This document shows, one piece after another, positions 46,630 through 54,794 of a stretch of 64,000 nt of DNA. The notes under the pieces were generated by a model, which saw only the letters and a list, made by a program, of their open reading frames with translations, did not search any database and had not been told where the DNA came from. The DNA comes from Candidatus Bathyarchaeota archaeon. Lineage in GTDB: Archaea > Thermoproteota > Bathyarchaeia > Bathyarchaeales > Bathycorpusculaceae. The DNA lies in assembly GCA_026014465.1 (NCBI GenBank), contig JAOZID010000010.1, forward strand, positions 838,303 to 902,302, read 5' to 3'. Position 1 is the stretch's first letter, and every line of letters starts with the position of its first letter. Both the position numbers and the translations under genes were made by a program.

Positions 46630-46993
46630 ATGCTCCTTAAACATCTGGAAGTATTGATTATTTTGGAGGCACTTACAGGACAGACTAACAAGCTTATTGT
46701 ACGAGTAGTTGACTGTCAAAAGAAACCAATCCCGAATGTAAAGGTTAAAGTTTTCAAGATAGAAAAAGAGCCAATAACACCCGAGCAGTGGATTGAGAAT
46801 CTAAAAAATGGGGGCTCCATTTAAAAGATTAGTTGTCTCGATGAACACCGATAATAATGGTGCCATAACCGCCGAGCTCCCCCAAGGGTCTTATGAAGCT
46901 AAAGTCGAAAGATACGGTTTTAATCAAACTTGCGATTTAACCCAAAATGTTGAAGTTCTCGTTGTAAAACCGAAAAAGCATTGGTGGTACTGA
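46630..46993 (+). pseudogene. carboxypeptidase-regulatory-like (prealbumin-fold) domain protein split by a frameshift in an A6/G5 homopolymer (46803-46814)
   Basis: ORF 46585..46824 ends ...KLIVRVVDCQKKPIPNVKVKVFKI...ENLKNGGSI*. ORF 46808..46993 continues ...MNTDNNGAITAELPQGSYEAKVERYGF. Together they form a single domain. Confidence 0.55.
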
Positions 46994-47085
46994 CAAAAGA
47001 CACAGACTCTTCCGATTAATCATTGCAGTGAAATGAAAAGCTTAACTTCCCTTTTTCCATAGCTGTAAATGGATTATGGTTAAAT

Positions 47086-47598
47086 ATGCAATACGACAAT
47101 GTCATCTTTCCAAATTCCACAGACTTTCACTGTAGGAAATGCGGAATATGCTGCAGAAATCAACCACCAGATATTAACTTCAAAGAACAAAAAAGAATAC
47201 AAACGGCAGGTTACAAAAATTTCATGCAAAACCCATCCAACCCAAAGAACCGAAACATTCGCAGAAAAAAAGACGGAAGCTGCTTCTTCTTCACCAAAGA
47301 AAATACATGCAAGATTAACTCTATTAAACCATCAATATGCATTCTAGAACCATTCATTATAGCAGACTTTGATTATAACACGAACATGATTTTTCTCAAT
47401 TTGAATCCTTGTGCAGTCAATAATTGTAAAGGTGTCATGACTGAGGAAAAGATAGCTATAGAAGAAATTGGGAAAGCCGCCCAAACTATCGTTTCGGATT
47501 GTTTAGAAATAGTCGCGGAGAAAACAGGGCTCTTAGTAACCGACAAAAAAGTTGCTTTTTTAACGAGGCAACTATTTAATGATTCAAATCTCATCTAA
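47086..47598 (+). CDS. YkgJ-family zinc/iron-chelating cysteine-cluster protein (CxxCxxCC)
   Basis: FHCRKCGICCRN...DGSCFFF...CKINSIKPSICILEPF. Confidence 0.75.
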   Translation: MQYDNVIFPNSTDFHCRKCGICCRNQPPDINFKEQKRIQTAGYKNFMQNPSNPKNRNIRRKKDGSCFFFTKENTCKINSIKPSICILEPFIIADFDYNTNMIFLNLNPCAVNNCKGVMTEEKIAIEEIGKAAQTIVSDCLEIVAEKTGLLVTDKKVAFLTRQLFNDSNLI

Positions 47599-47646
47599 AA
47601 CAAGATAGGGCTAGCTGGTCCAAGAAATATAAGCGCCTTTTAAATC

Positions 47647-48015
47647 CTAAAACATGATGCTGGAAATCAACATGTCGGCAGTTGCTCTGTTACAGGCTGT
47701 TGGGGTATTGTATAGCACCGCTATTCTAAGAACAGCCTTAACATCGACATCATGAGGCTGAGACTCAAGAGGATCCCAAAAAAATATTAAACAATCAAGT
47801 TTTCTATTGGCGATCATACTTCCTAGCTCCATATCACCGCCATAAGGACCACTATTTAGCAAATTTATATCCAACAGGGTTTTTTCGATAATTCTTTTTC
47901 CTGTGGTTCCTGTTGCATACAGACAGTATTTGGAAAGCGTTCCTTTGTTGAAGTCGCACCATTCAACAATGTCTTTTTTCTTGTTATCGTGCGCTACAAG
48001 AGCAATACTCTTCAT
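47647..48015 (-). CDS. mgsA: methylglyoxal synthase
   Basis: IALVAHDNKKKDIVEW...LYATGTTGKRI...GPYGGDMELGSMI...LIFFWDPLESQPHDVDVKAVLRIAVLYNTPTACNRATAD. Confidence 0.9.
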   Translation of the reverse strand: MKSIALVAHDNKKKDIVEWCDFNKGTLSKYCLYATGTTGKRIIEKTLLDINLLNSGPYGGDMELGSMIANRKLDCLIFFWDPLESQPHDVDVKAVLRIAVLYNTPTACNRATADMLISSIMF

Positions 48016-48144
48016 GGTTACTCACTCCTAAAAGTAATAGAGTACGAAGTATTCGTGCCCCCTATAAAAGCATGCTCGAACATTAACCAGTATCTCTTAT
48101 AGAAGAACGATATTTATGGATCAAACTTCCGTAAGAAAAACGGG

Positions 48145-48357
48145 TCATGTGCCTGAAGCAAGAAAGGCGGGCCGCTTGGATTTGAGTCTATCAACAAAGT
48201 CTAAATCCGCTTTCGCACGTTCCAGTTTCTTTAGAGCATTCTTTCTAGAGCGGGTCACGTTGGGCGTTTCCACCTTTAGTTTGCGAGCAATCCTATAATC
48301 AGACAACCCATCAACATTCAAACGTAAAATTGCCTTCTCCCGCTCAGTCAACGCCAT
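48145..48357 (-). CDS. small HTH protein (Tfx/LuxR-like), paralog B
   Basis: LTEREKAILRLNVDGLSDYRIARKLKVETPNVTRSRKNALKK. Confidence 0.65.
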   Translation of the reverse strand: MALTEREKAILRLNVDGLSDYRIARKLKVETPNVTRSRKNALKKLERAKADLDFVDRLKSKRPAFLASGT

Positions 48358-48736
48358 AGCTATGTCTCCTCTTCAGAAGTGTCATGTAAAGTCACGCCTT
48401 CGGCTAGCAAGTCCTTCTCTGATGCTTTGTAGGCGTCTACGCCAAAGCTTGTCATAGCCCAGCACCAACCGCGCCGCTCAACAACCACCGAATCCAATTC
48501 CTTTGGCTGCCGCATGAAGTGCATTTGACCTTCTTTCGAGGAACACCAGTAAATAGATCGGCTGGCAATGCTTTGCCGCAGTGAGGACAATTGATTATCT
48601 TTCGACTCAAAGATGCCATCTCCTGCCAAACCTGCTACTAGACAGCAGATGTCCTTAAAAAAGAAAAAAGGGAGAGAAGCTGCGGAGAAACTAAGCTGGA
48701 AATTGGACGCCGATGGTGATACAAGGGCGATTTTTC

Positions 48737-48775
48737 GGGTCCGAATCCCACCCCCTGCACCAAATATAAACAAAC
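48737..48775 (+). repeat. attR: displaced copy of tRNA-Leu 3' end plus flank
   Basis: gggtccgaatcccaccccctgcaccaaatataaacaaac. The 21-nt perfect core cgaatcccaccccctgcacca is shared with 24114-24134. Confidence 0.85.
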
Positions 48776-48883
48776 AGGCCCTAGGCGTTGAGTATTATCC
48801 TTTTTTCAATACTTGAATGTGTAAAAAGCGGATTTCTGCAATAGCGCTTTTATAATAACAGAAGTAGTTGTAGCTGGAAAAAG

Positions 48884-51301
48884 TTGCCGACTTCTTACTA
48901 CTGCAGAAAATGTGGCAAAACCCACTCGCATCAGGAATACTCCCAGAGTTTATTCTGCAAAGAATGCGGCAGCTTTCTTAAACGAGGCAGAAAACCAAAT
49001 AATTTCAGACCTTCCTCAATCAATAAGCCCTCACAGTCTAAACCAACAAACGTACCAAAGAAAGAAACCACCCCGCAAATAATGCAACCATCACAAAATC
49101 CCGTTGCACACACTCAAGAAATTCCTGCACAAGAAGCATGCTTTGAAGAGTTAGAAAAACCCCTTCCAGAAAACATAAGCACCTATTTGCAAAATAAAAA
49201 AATTAAATTTTATTCCCATCAGGCAGAAGCCATAAACAAAGCACGACAAGGCAAAAACGTAATTATTACCACCCACACAGCTTCAGGAAAAACTTTGGCA
49301 TTTAATATTCCGGTTTTTGATGCCCTCACAAACGATAAAAAAGCAACAGCACTCTACATTTATCCCTCAAAAGCTCTAACAAATGATCAACTTAAAGTTT
49401 TGCAGGAAATCGAGAAAGGCACTGGCATCAAAGCAGATTCTAACGTTTACGATGGTGACACGCCAAAAGAGCAGCGTGCAGTTATACGTGAAAATTCCAG
49501 AATAATTTTGACTAACCCTTATGGTTTGCATCTTTACCTTCCATGGCATAGGCTCTGGCGGTCTTTTTTTCAAAACTTAAGGTATATTGTACTTGATGAA
49601 GCGCATGTTTACCGAGGCGTTTTTGGCTCAAACGTCGCCATGCTTCTGAGAAGACTGCTGAGAATCTGCAATTTTTACCATGCAGACCCTCAAATCATAC
49701 TCTCATCAGCAACTATAGCTAATCCGCAGGAACACGCAAAGAAACTAACTGGAAAAGATTTCGAAATAATTTCAAACGATGGCTCCCCAAGAGGAAAAAA
49801 ATCGTTCATATTTTGGAATCCACCCTTCACTAACCCAGCAAAAACAATTCGCCGATCAACACATCAAGAAACCAAAGACCTTCTTACAGTTAGCGTCATG
49901 AAAAACTTGCAAACCCTCTGCTTTACAACCTCGCGACAAATGGCGGAGCTTATAGCAAGATGGACTAAAGAAGAGCTGAAAAGAAGAAATCCTAAGCTTT
50001 ACAGTTCAGTAACTGCCTACAGGGCAGGTTACCTTCCTCAAGAACGACGGGACATAGAAAATCGTCTAAAAACCAAGGACTTAATCGGTTTGGTTTCTAC
50101 AAATGCGTTAGAACTTGGTATTGATATAGGTTCTTTGGACGCCGTGATAATTTCGGGTTACCCGGGGACAGTCATATCTACGTGGCAGCAAGCTGGACGC
50201 GCAGGTAGAAACAAAAACGATTCAACCGTTACTTTGGTTGCTTTCCAAAATCCGCTTGATCAATATTTTATGAAGCATCCACAAGAGTTCTTTGATAGAC
50301 CACATGAGCAAGCAATCATTAATCTGCACAATCGGCAAATTACTTCAGGCCATATTATGTGTGCATCTGACGAGTTGCCGCTTACCGATTCGGACCAAAA
50401 ATATTTTCCAGAGCTCTTCAAAGAAAGTGTTCAAGCCCTTGCACAAAAAAACCTTCTGAAAAAAACTTCACAGGGTTGGACGTACTCTGGGCTGGAAAGG
50501 GCAACTAGAGTTGTTAACCTTGAAAGTATTAGCGGAAAAACAGTGAATGTACTTTGCAATGGGCATATTCTTGAAACACTTCCCTTAAACAAGGCTTATG
50601 AAGAAACCCATGCAGGAGCAATCCTTCTACATCAAGGCGAAACCTACCGCTCAGAAGAACTAAATCTCAACAATTTCACTGCAACGGTTCGGAAAGAGAA
50701 TACCAACTATTATACTGAAACACAAAAAAGCGTCGAAGTAGCAATCAAGAAAACATTGGAAGAAACGCAAACAAACCTCAAAACCTCTTTGGGCGAATTA
50801 ATAATCACTGAAAATTGTCATTCATACGTAATTAAATCCAATGATGTAATCATCAAAAAACATACGCTTGATTTGCCCTCTTCGTCTTTCTCAACGGTTG
50901 GTATGTGGTTTATTGTTCCTGAACAGATTAGAGAAGAAGTTGAGGATAAAGGCTTGAATTTCGAGGGTGGATTGCATGCTCTTGAACATGCCATTATTGC
51001 GATGGCGCCAATGTTTGCAATGTGTGACCGTTGGGACATAGGCGGAATGTCAACAGCCGAGCATACAGACACAGGAAAACCAACAATCTTCATTTACGAT
51101 GGTTTTGAGGGAGGAATCGGTATTTCAGAAAACCTTTATTCAAACATAAAACCGCTATTAGAAAAAACGTTAAAGTTGATTGAAACCTGCGAATGCAAAG
51201 AAGGCTGTCCATCCTGCATATACTCGCCTAAATGCGGAAACGGAAACGAGCCATTAGATAAAAAGGCAGCAAACATCATCTTGCAACGTTTAATTAAATA
51301 A
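48884..51301 (+). CDS. DEAD/DEAH-box helicase with C-terminal DUF1998 (MrfA/YprA/Hrq1-like) and N-terminal zinc ribbon
   Basis: Motif I TASGKTL, motif II VLDEAHVYRGVFGSNVAMLLRRL, motif VI QQAGRAGR, C-terminal CECKEGCPSCIYSPKCGNGN four-Cys cluster. N-terminal CRKCG...CKECG. Confidence 0.88.
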   Translation: MPTSYYCRKCGKTHSHQEYSQSLFCKECGSFLKRGRKPNNFRPSSINKPSQSKPTNVPKKETTPQIMQPSQNPVAHTQEIPAQEACFEELEKPLPENISTYLQNKKIKFYSHQAEAINKARQGKNVIITTHTASGKTLAFNIPVFDALTNDKKATALYIYPSKALTNDQLKVLQEIEKGTGIKADSNVYDGDTPKEQRAVIRENSRIILTNPYGLHLYLPWHRLWRSFFQNLRYIVLDEAHVYRGVFGSNVAMLLRRLLRICNFYHADPQIILSSATIANPQEHAKKLTGKDFEIISNDGSPRGKKSFIFWNPPFTNPAKTIRRSTHQETKDLLTVSVMKNLQTLCFTTSRQMAELIARWTKEELKRRNPKLYSSVTAYRAGYLPQERRDIENRLKTKDLIGLVSTNALELGIDIGSLDAVIISGYPGTVISTWQQAGRAGRNKNDSTVTLVAFQNPLDQYFMKHPQEFFDRPHEQAIINLHNRQITSGHIMCASDELPLTDSDQKYFPELFKESVQALAQKNLLKKTSQGWTYSGLERATRVVNLESISGKTVNVLCNGHILETLPLNKAYEETHAGAILLHQGETYRSEELNLNNFTATVRKENTNYYTETQKSVEVAIKKTLEETQTNLKTSLGELIITENCHSYVIKSNDVIIKKHTLDLPSSSFSTVGMWFIVPEQIREEVEDKGLNFEGGLHALEHAIIAMAPMFAMCDRWDIGGMSTAEHTDTGKPTIFIYDGFEGGIGISENLYSNIKPLLEKTLKLIETCECKEGCPSCIYSPKCGNGNEPLDKKAANIILQRLIK

Positions 51302-51330
51302 CTTAAGAACCCTTTCAAAAACGTTTTTAA

Positions 51331-51379
51331 CTTATCACGTAGGCGTTAGTGGATTCAAATCCCACCCACCCCTGCACTA
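51331..51379 (+). repeat. degenerate copy of tRNA-Leu 3' half (variable arm to acceptor)
   Basis: cttatcacgtaggcgttagtggattcaaatcccacccacccctgcacta versus tRNA 24089-24134; about 42 matches with a 2-nt insertion. Confidence 0.7.
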
Positions 51380-51538
51380 ACGCCTTCTTTTATATGGGAA
51401 AAGGTGGTATGATGGGGGCGAGAGATGTCTTCATGTACAAATAAACAGGAATTGAGGGATAGAAATAAATGATAAACCATAAAGGTAGGATTTGAACTGA
51501 CACATGGACTTATTTTTTGATTGTGAGGTTTCGTAATT

Positions 51539-52021
51539 ATGGAGAAGGAAATCAGCGTGGGATATGCAGTCATGAACAACTTGGAATCCTGGATGCGGTT
51601 AATTGATGTTGTTCGCAGGACTTTTCCCGGATTGGGCTCACAGGAAGAAATAGACGAATATAAAAATACAGTTGAAAAAAATATAGCCCGAAAGAGCGCA
51701 ATATGCGCCGTAACTGATAATGAGGTCGTTGGTTTTCTTTTGTTCTCTACAAAATATAACATGTTATGTCACATGGCCGTACATCCAGATTACCGGAGAA
51801 AAAAGGTTGCCTCAAGAATGATCGAGCTAATGTTAAACGATTTGGACAAAACCCAGGATATTGTGGTTTTGACTTTTCGAGCAGACGATGAAAAAGGGGA
51901 CGCTCCCCGCGCTCTATACAAAAGCTTTGGATTTGAAGCGGATGAGCTATGCTATAACATGAACTACCCCGAACAAAAATTTATTTTACGTGCAAACCAT
52001 AATTCACCAGACTTAACCTGA
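51539..52021 (+). CDS. GNAT-family N-acetyltransferase
   Basis: 160 aa; VVGFLLFS...LCHMAVHPDYRRKKVASRMIELML...LYKSFGF pattern. Confidence 0.75.
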   Translation: MEKEISVGYAVMNNLESWMRLIDVVRRTFPGLGSQEEIDEYKNTVEKNIARKSAICAVTDNEVVGFLLFSTKYNMLCHMAVHPDYRRKKVASRMIELMLNDLDKTQDIVVLTFRADDEKGDAPRALYKSFGFEADELCYNMNYPEQKFILRANHNSPDLT

Positions 52022-52274
52022 TACCAAAGAAACATCGAAGGCGATTACACAACACAAATAGCGCTTAACACGTTTTCGTTAGAAGGTGTTGCCGAAAATT
52101 TGCTATGCACAACAACAACCAACAGGCGCTACATGCGTTTCTGTTTTGTTGCCTGCAGGTTAACCACCACAAGCAGAAACACCTAACACCAGAACAACTG
52201 TGATTAACTTTAAGCAAAAACCTCAATTCACGTAAATAACAAATAACAAACAAAAGAACTTCATGCACTTCAAG

Positions 52275-52297
52275 TTCGAATCTCACCCCTTCACCAA
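52275..52297 (+). repeat. possible fourth, highly degenerate tRNA-Leu 3'-end remnant
   Basis: gttcgaatctcaccccttcacca versus gttcgaatcccaccccctgcacca (about 20 of 24); no 5' tRNA half present. Confidence 0.35.
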
Positions 52298-52326
52298 AAT
52301 TGTTGTTTAGGGTGTGTAGTTAGAGT

Positions 52327-52932
52327 TTATGGTGGTTTTTTGTGTGGAGGCGGGAAGTCTACAGTGAAGTTTATTTGTTTTATGGGGGAGGCGTCTTTGA
52401 TGTTTCTTGGTGAGGTGGCAACTATGATTGTTAGGCCAGAGTGTTTTTCTATTCTGTTGAGTAAATAGGTGAGTTCAGCGTTGGCGTATCGGTTGTGTGC
52501 GTCTTTTACTTCGGTTCTTTTGCCAAATAAGGCATCTGCTTCATCAAAGAAGAGAACCGCGTTGCTTTCTTCTGCATCCTGAAATATTTTGTCTAGGTTC
52601 TTTTCTGTTTCTCCAATATACTTTCTGAGTGCCTTGGAGAGATCTACCGTATGCAGGTCCAGATTCAATTCATGAGCTAAAACTTGGGCAGCCAACAGTT
52701 TTCCTGCAGCATTAGAACCACAAAACAGTACGCAGGTACTTTTTCGTTCAGATTTTTTGGCTTTAGAAATTTTCACATCACGCTGTACATAATTGCAAAT
52801 TTCCTTTAGTTGACCTATTTTATCCAAAGGAAGCAAAAGATCAGCCCATACAGGCTTTGACACAACTTTGTTCACAAAAGAAACCGCTCGGAACTTAGCA
52901 TCTAAGGGTTTAGCCAACAATAATCCCTCCAA
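52327..52932 (-). CDS. short AAA+ ATPase with atypical Walker A
   Basis: CGSNAAGKLL (Leu where Thr/Ser is expected), YIGETEKNL, Walker B VLFFDEADALFGKR, then DAHNRYANAELTYLLNRIE. Confidence 0.75.
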   Translation of the reverse strand: MEGLLLAKPLDAKFRAVSFVNKVVSKPVWADLLLPLDKIGQLKEICNYVQRDVKISKAKKSERKSTCVLFCGSNAAGKLLAAQVLAHELNLDLHTVDLSKALRKYIGETEKNLDKIFQDAEESNAVLFFDEADALFGKRTEVKDAHNRYANAELTYLLNRIEKHSGLTIIVATSPRNIKDASPIKQINFTVDFPPPHKKPP

Positions 52933-53022
52933 ACATCAACCAGACACTATCAAACAAGAAACTAAAATAACCTTTCAAAACAAAAACAGCCGTTAACGCT
53001 TTGAATAGGCATTGCCAAGCGG

Positions 53023-53694
53023 TTAGGGGAAGTTAGCCTTTAGCAGTTGGGGCAAAAGTTGTTGGTAGGCTGGGTTGATGGTGTAAGTTGTTTGGGTTTT
53101 GTTGTTGTGTGCTTCTATGATGCCGTGGTTTTTTAGTTGGTGTATTTGCCAGGTTAGGGCTTGGGAGGTTATGTTTAGGTTGGAGGCTATGGTGGTGTGG
53201 TTGGTTTTGCCGTCGTTTTCTGCTATGGCGTTTAGGACTTTTTTGGCGGTTTTGTGGCGCAGAACGGAGAGTAGGGTGATTTCTTTTTCTGTGAAGGTGT
53301 TTGATTTGAAGAAGCGTTTGTGTTTTCCGTCGCGAACAAAGCAGATGCCGCCTTGTTTTTCCATGACTTGTATGTGGAACTGGACGGTGCCGATGGCTAA
53401 GCCTAGTCCTGTGCAGACTCCGCGAAAATCTACTCCGGGGTTTTTGGCGATAAAGGTGTTAATGGCGACTCTTGTTGAATTGAATTGGCTGATGTTTTGG
53501 TTGCAAATCAGGTTACTGTACTGAATTGGGCACAGAGCCGTTACGGAATCTGAGATTTCGTCAATCTGGACAAGGGCAGCGTTTTTTTCAGAAAAGCCAT
53601 GCACAGCGTCAGTTTGCAGCTGAATTAGAGCAGCAAAAGATAAAGCTATCAAAAACGCCAGAAGAAACCCAAAAGAGCCATTCTGCAGCCTCAT
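53023..53694 (-). CDS. membrane-anchored protein with two winged-helix (ArsR-like) units
   Basis: N-terminal TM (FGFLLAFLIALSFAALI), then GVCTGLGLAIGTVQFHIQVMEKQGGI and TTIASNLNITSQALTWQIHQLKNHGII. Confidence 0.6.
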   Translation of the reverse strand: MRLQNGSFGFLLAFLIALSFAALIQLQTDAVHGFSEKNAALVQIDEISDSVTALCPIQYSNLICNQNISQFNSTRVAINTFIAKNPGVDFRGVCTGLGLAIGTVQFHIQVMEKQGGICFVRDGKHKRFFKSNTFTEKEITLLSVLRHKTAKKVLNAIAENDGKTNHTTIASNLNITSQALTWQIHQLKNHGIIEAHNNKTQTTYTINPAYQQLLPQLLKANFP

Positions 53695-53902
53695 TTGTCA
53701 ACCAAAAAGCCATATTTCGTTGCAGCTTATAAAAATATTCGTAAACAACTGTACTAGTAAACCACCACCCACGCAGCAGTTTTGCTTCCACAAAACTCAT
53801 CAGGTTCAATATAAGGAAAAACACGGTAGACAAAAAGAAGGATTTTCAGAAAAGTTATTGTACCCAAATGCGTTAGGTGCTTTCCAAAGGAAGAACCTCA
53901 AA

Positions 53903-54781
53903 TTGGATAAAGATGCAGTTTTTGATGCCCGCGAGGTTGTTGTGGGGCTGGTTCAGATGGCGGTTTCAGAGAGTCCAGAAGATAATCTGAAGGTTACGGT
54001 GGAGAAGGTTGAGGAAGCCGTGCGTAGGGGTGCGCAGGTTGTTTGTTTGCAGGAGCTTTATCGTTTGAGGTATTTTCCGCAGCAGGAAAGTGTGGATGCA
54101 TCAGCGTTGGCTGAGTCTGTTCCGGGGGATTCTACGGCGGTGTTTTGTGAACTGGCAAGGCGGCTTGAAGTGGTTTTGGTTGTGCCCGTTTTCGAGAAAA
54201 CCGCTGAAGGCAAATTCTACAATTCGGCGGTGGTTATTGACGCGGATGGCTCGGTTTTGGGGGTTTACCGCAAAATTCACGTGCCCTTTGACCCGCTGTT
54301 TTATGAGAAGAACTATTTTGAGCAGGGCAACGGCGGTTATGGGGTTTATCAGACGCGTTATGGCTGCGTTGGCGTTTTGATTTGCTATGACCAATGGTTT
54401 CCTGAGGCTGCGCGAATCAACGTTTTAGAGGGCGCAGACATCATATTCTACCCCACGGCTATAGGCACCGTCAAAGGCTGCAACTCGGATGATGGAAACT
54501 GGCAGGAAGCATGGCAGACAGTGCAGCGCGGACACGCGATTGTTAATGGGGTTCATGTGGCGGCGGTGAATCGGGTCGGCGTTGAAGGCGAGTTGGAGTT
54601 TTGGGGTGGCTCGTTTGTTTGTGATTCGTTTGGCAAAATCTTAGCCCAAGCGGGGCGCAGCGAAGAAGTTTTGGTTGTAAAGGTAGACTTGAGCAAAAAC
54701 CAACGTATCCGTGAAGGCTGGGGTTTTCTGGATAACCGACGCCCCGACACCTACAAAAAACTAACCCAGAGTAAACCATAA
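53903..54781 (+). CDS. aguB: N-carbamoylputrescine amidase (CN-hydrolase family)
   Basis: VVCLQELY, YRKIHVP, ICYDQWFPE (catalytic Cys). Start set at in-frame TTG 53903; the track ORF N-terminal 61 aa look non-coding. Confidence 0.85.
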   Translation: MDKDAVFDAREVVVGLVQMAVSESPEDNLKVTVEKVEEAVRRGAQVVCLQELYRLRYFPQQESVDASALAESVPGDSTAVFCELARRLEVVLVVPVFEKTAEGKFYNSAVVIDADGSVLGVYRKIHVPFDPLFYEKNYFEQGNGGYGVYQTRYGCVGVLICYDQWFPEAARINVLEGADIIFYPTAIGTVKGCNSDDGNWQEAWQTVQRGHAIVNGVHVAAVNRVGVEGELEFWGGSFVCDSFGKILAQAGRSEEVLVVKVDLSKNQRIREGWGFLDNRRPDTYKKLTQSKP

Positions 54782-54794
54782 GGAAGAAGCAGGT

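Larger units (their letters stand above)
24109..48775. mobile_element. integrated genetic element (~24.6 kb) in tRNA-Leu, bounded by 39-nt direct repeats, with intact integrase
   Basis: Direct repeats at both ends, integrase adjacent to the tRNA, visibly lower G+C than flanks, accessory gene content. Confidence 0.75.
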
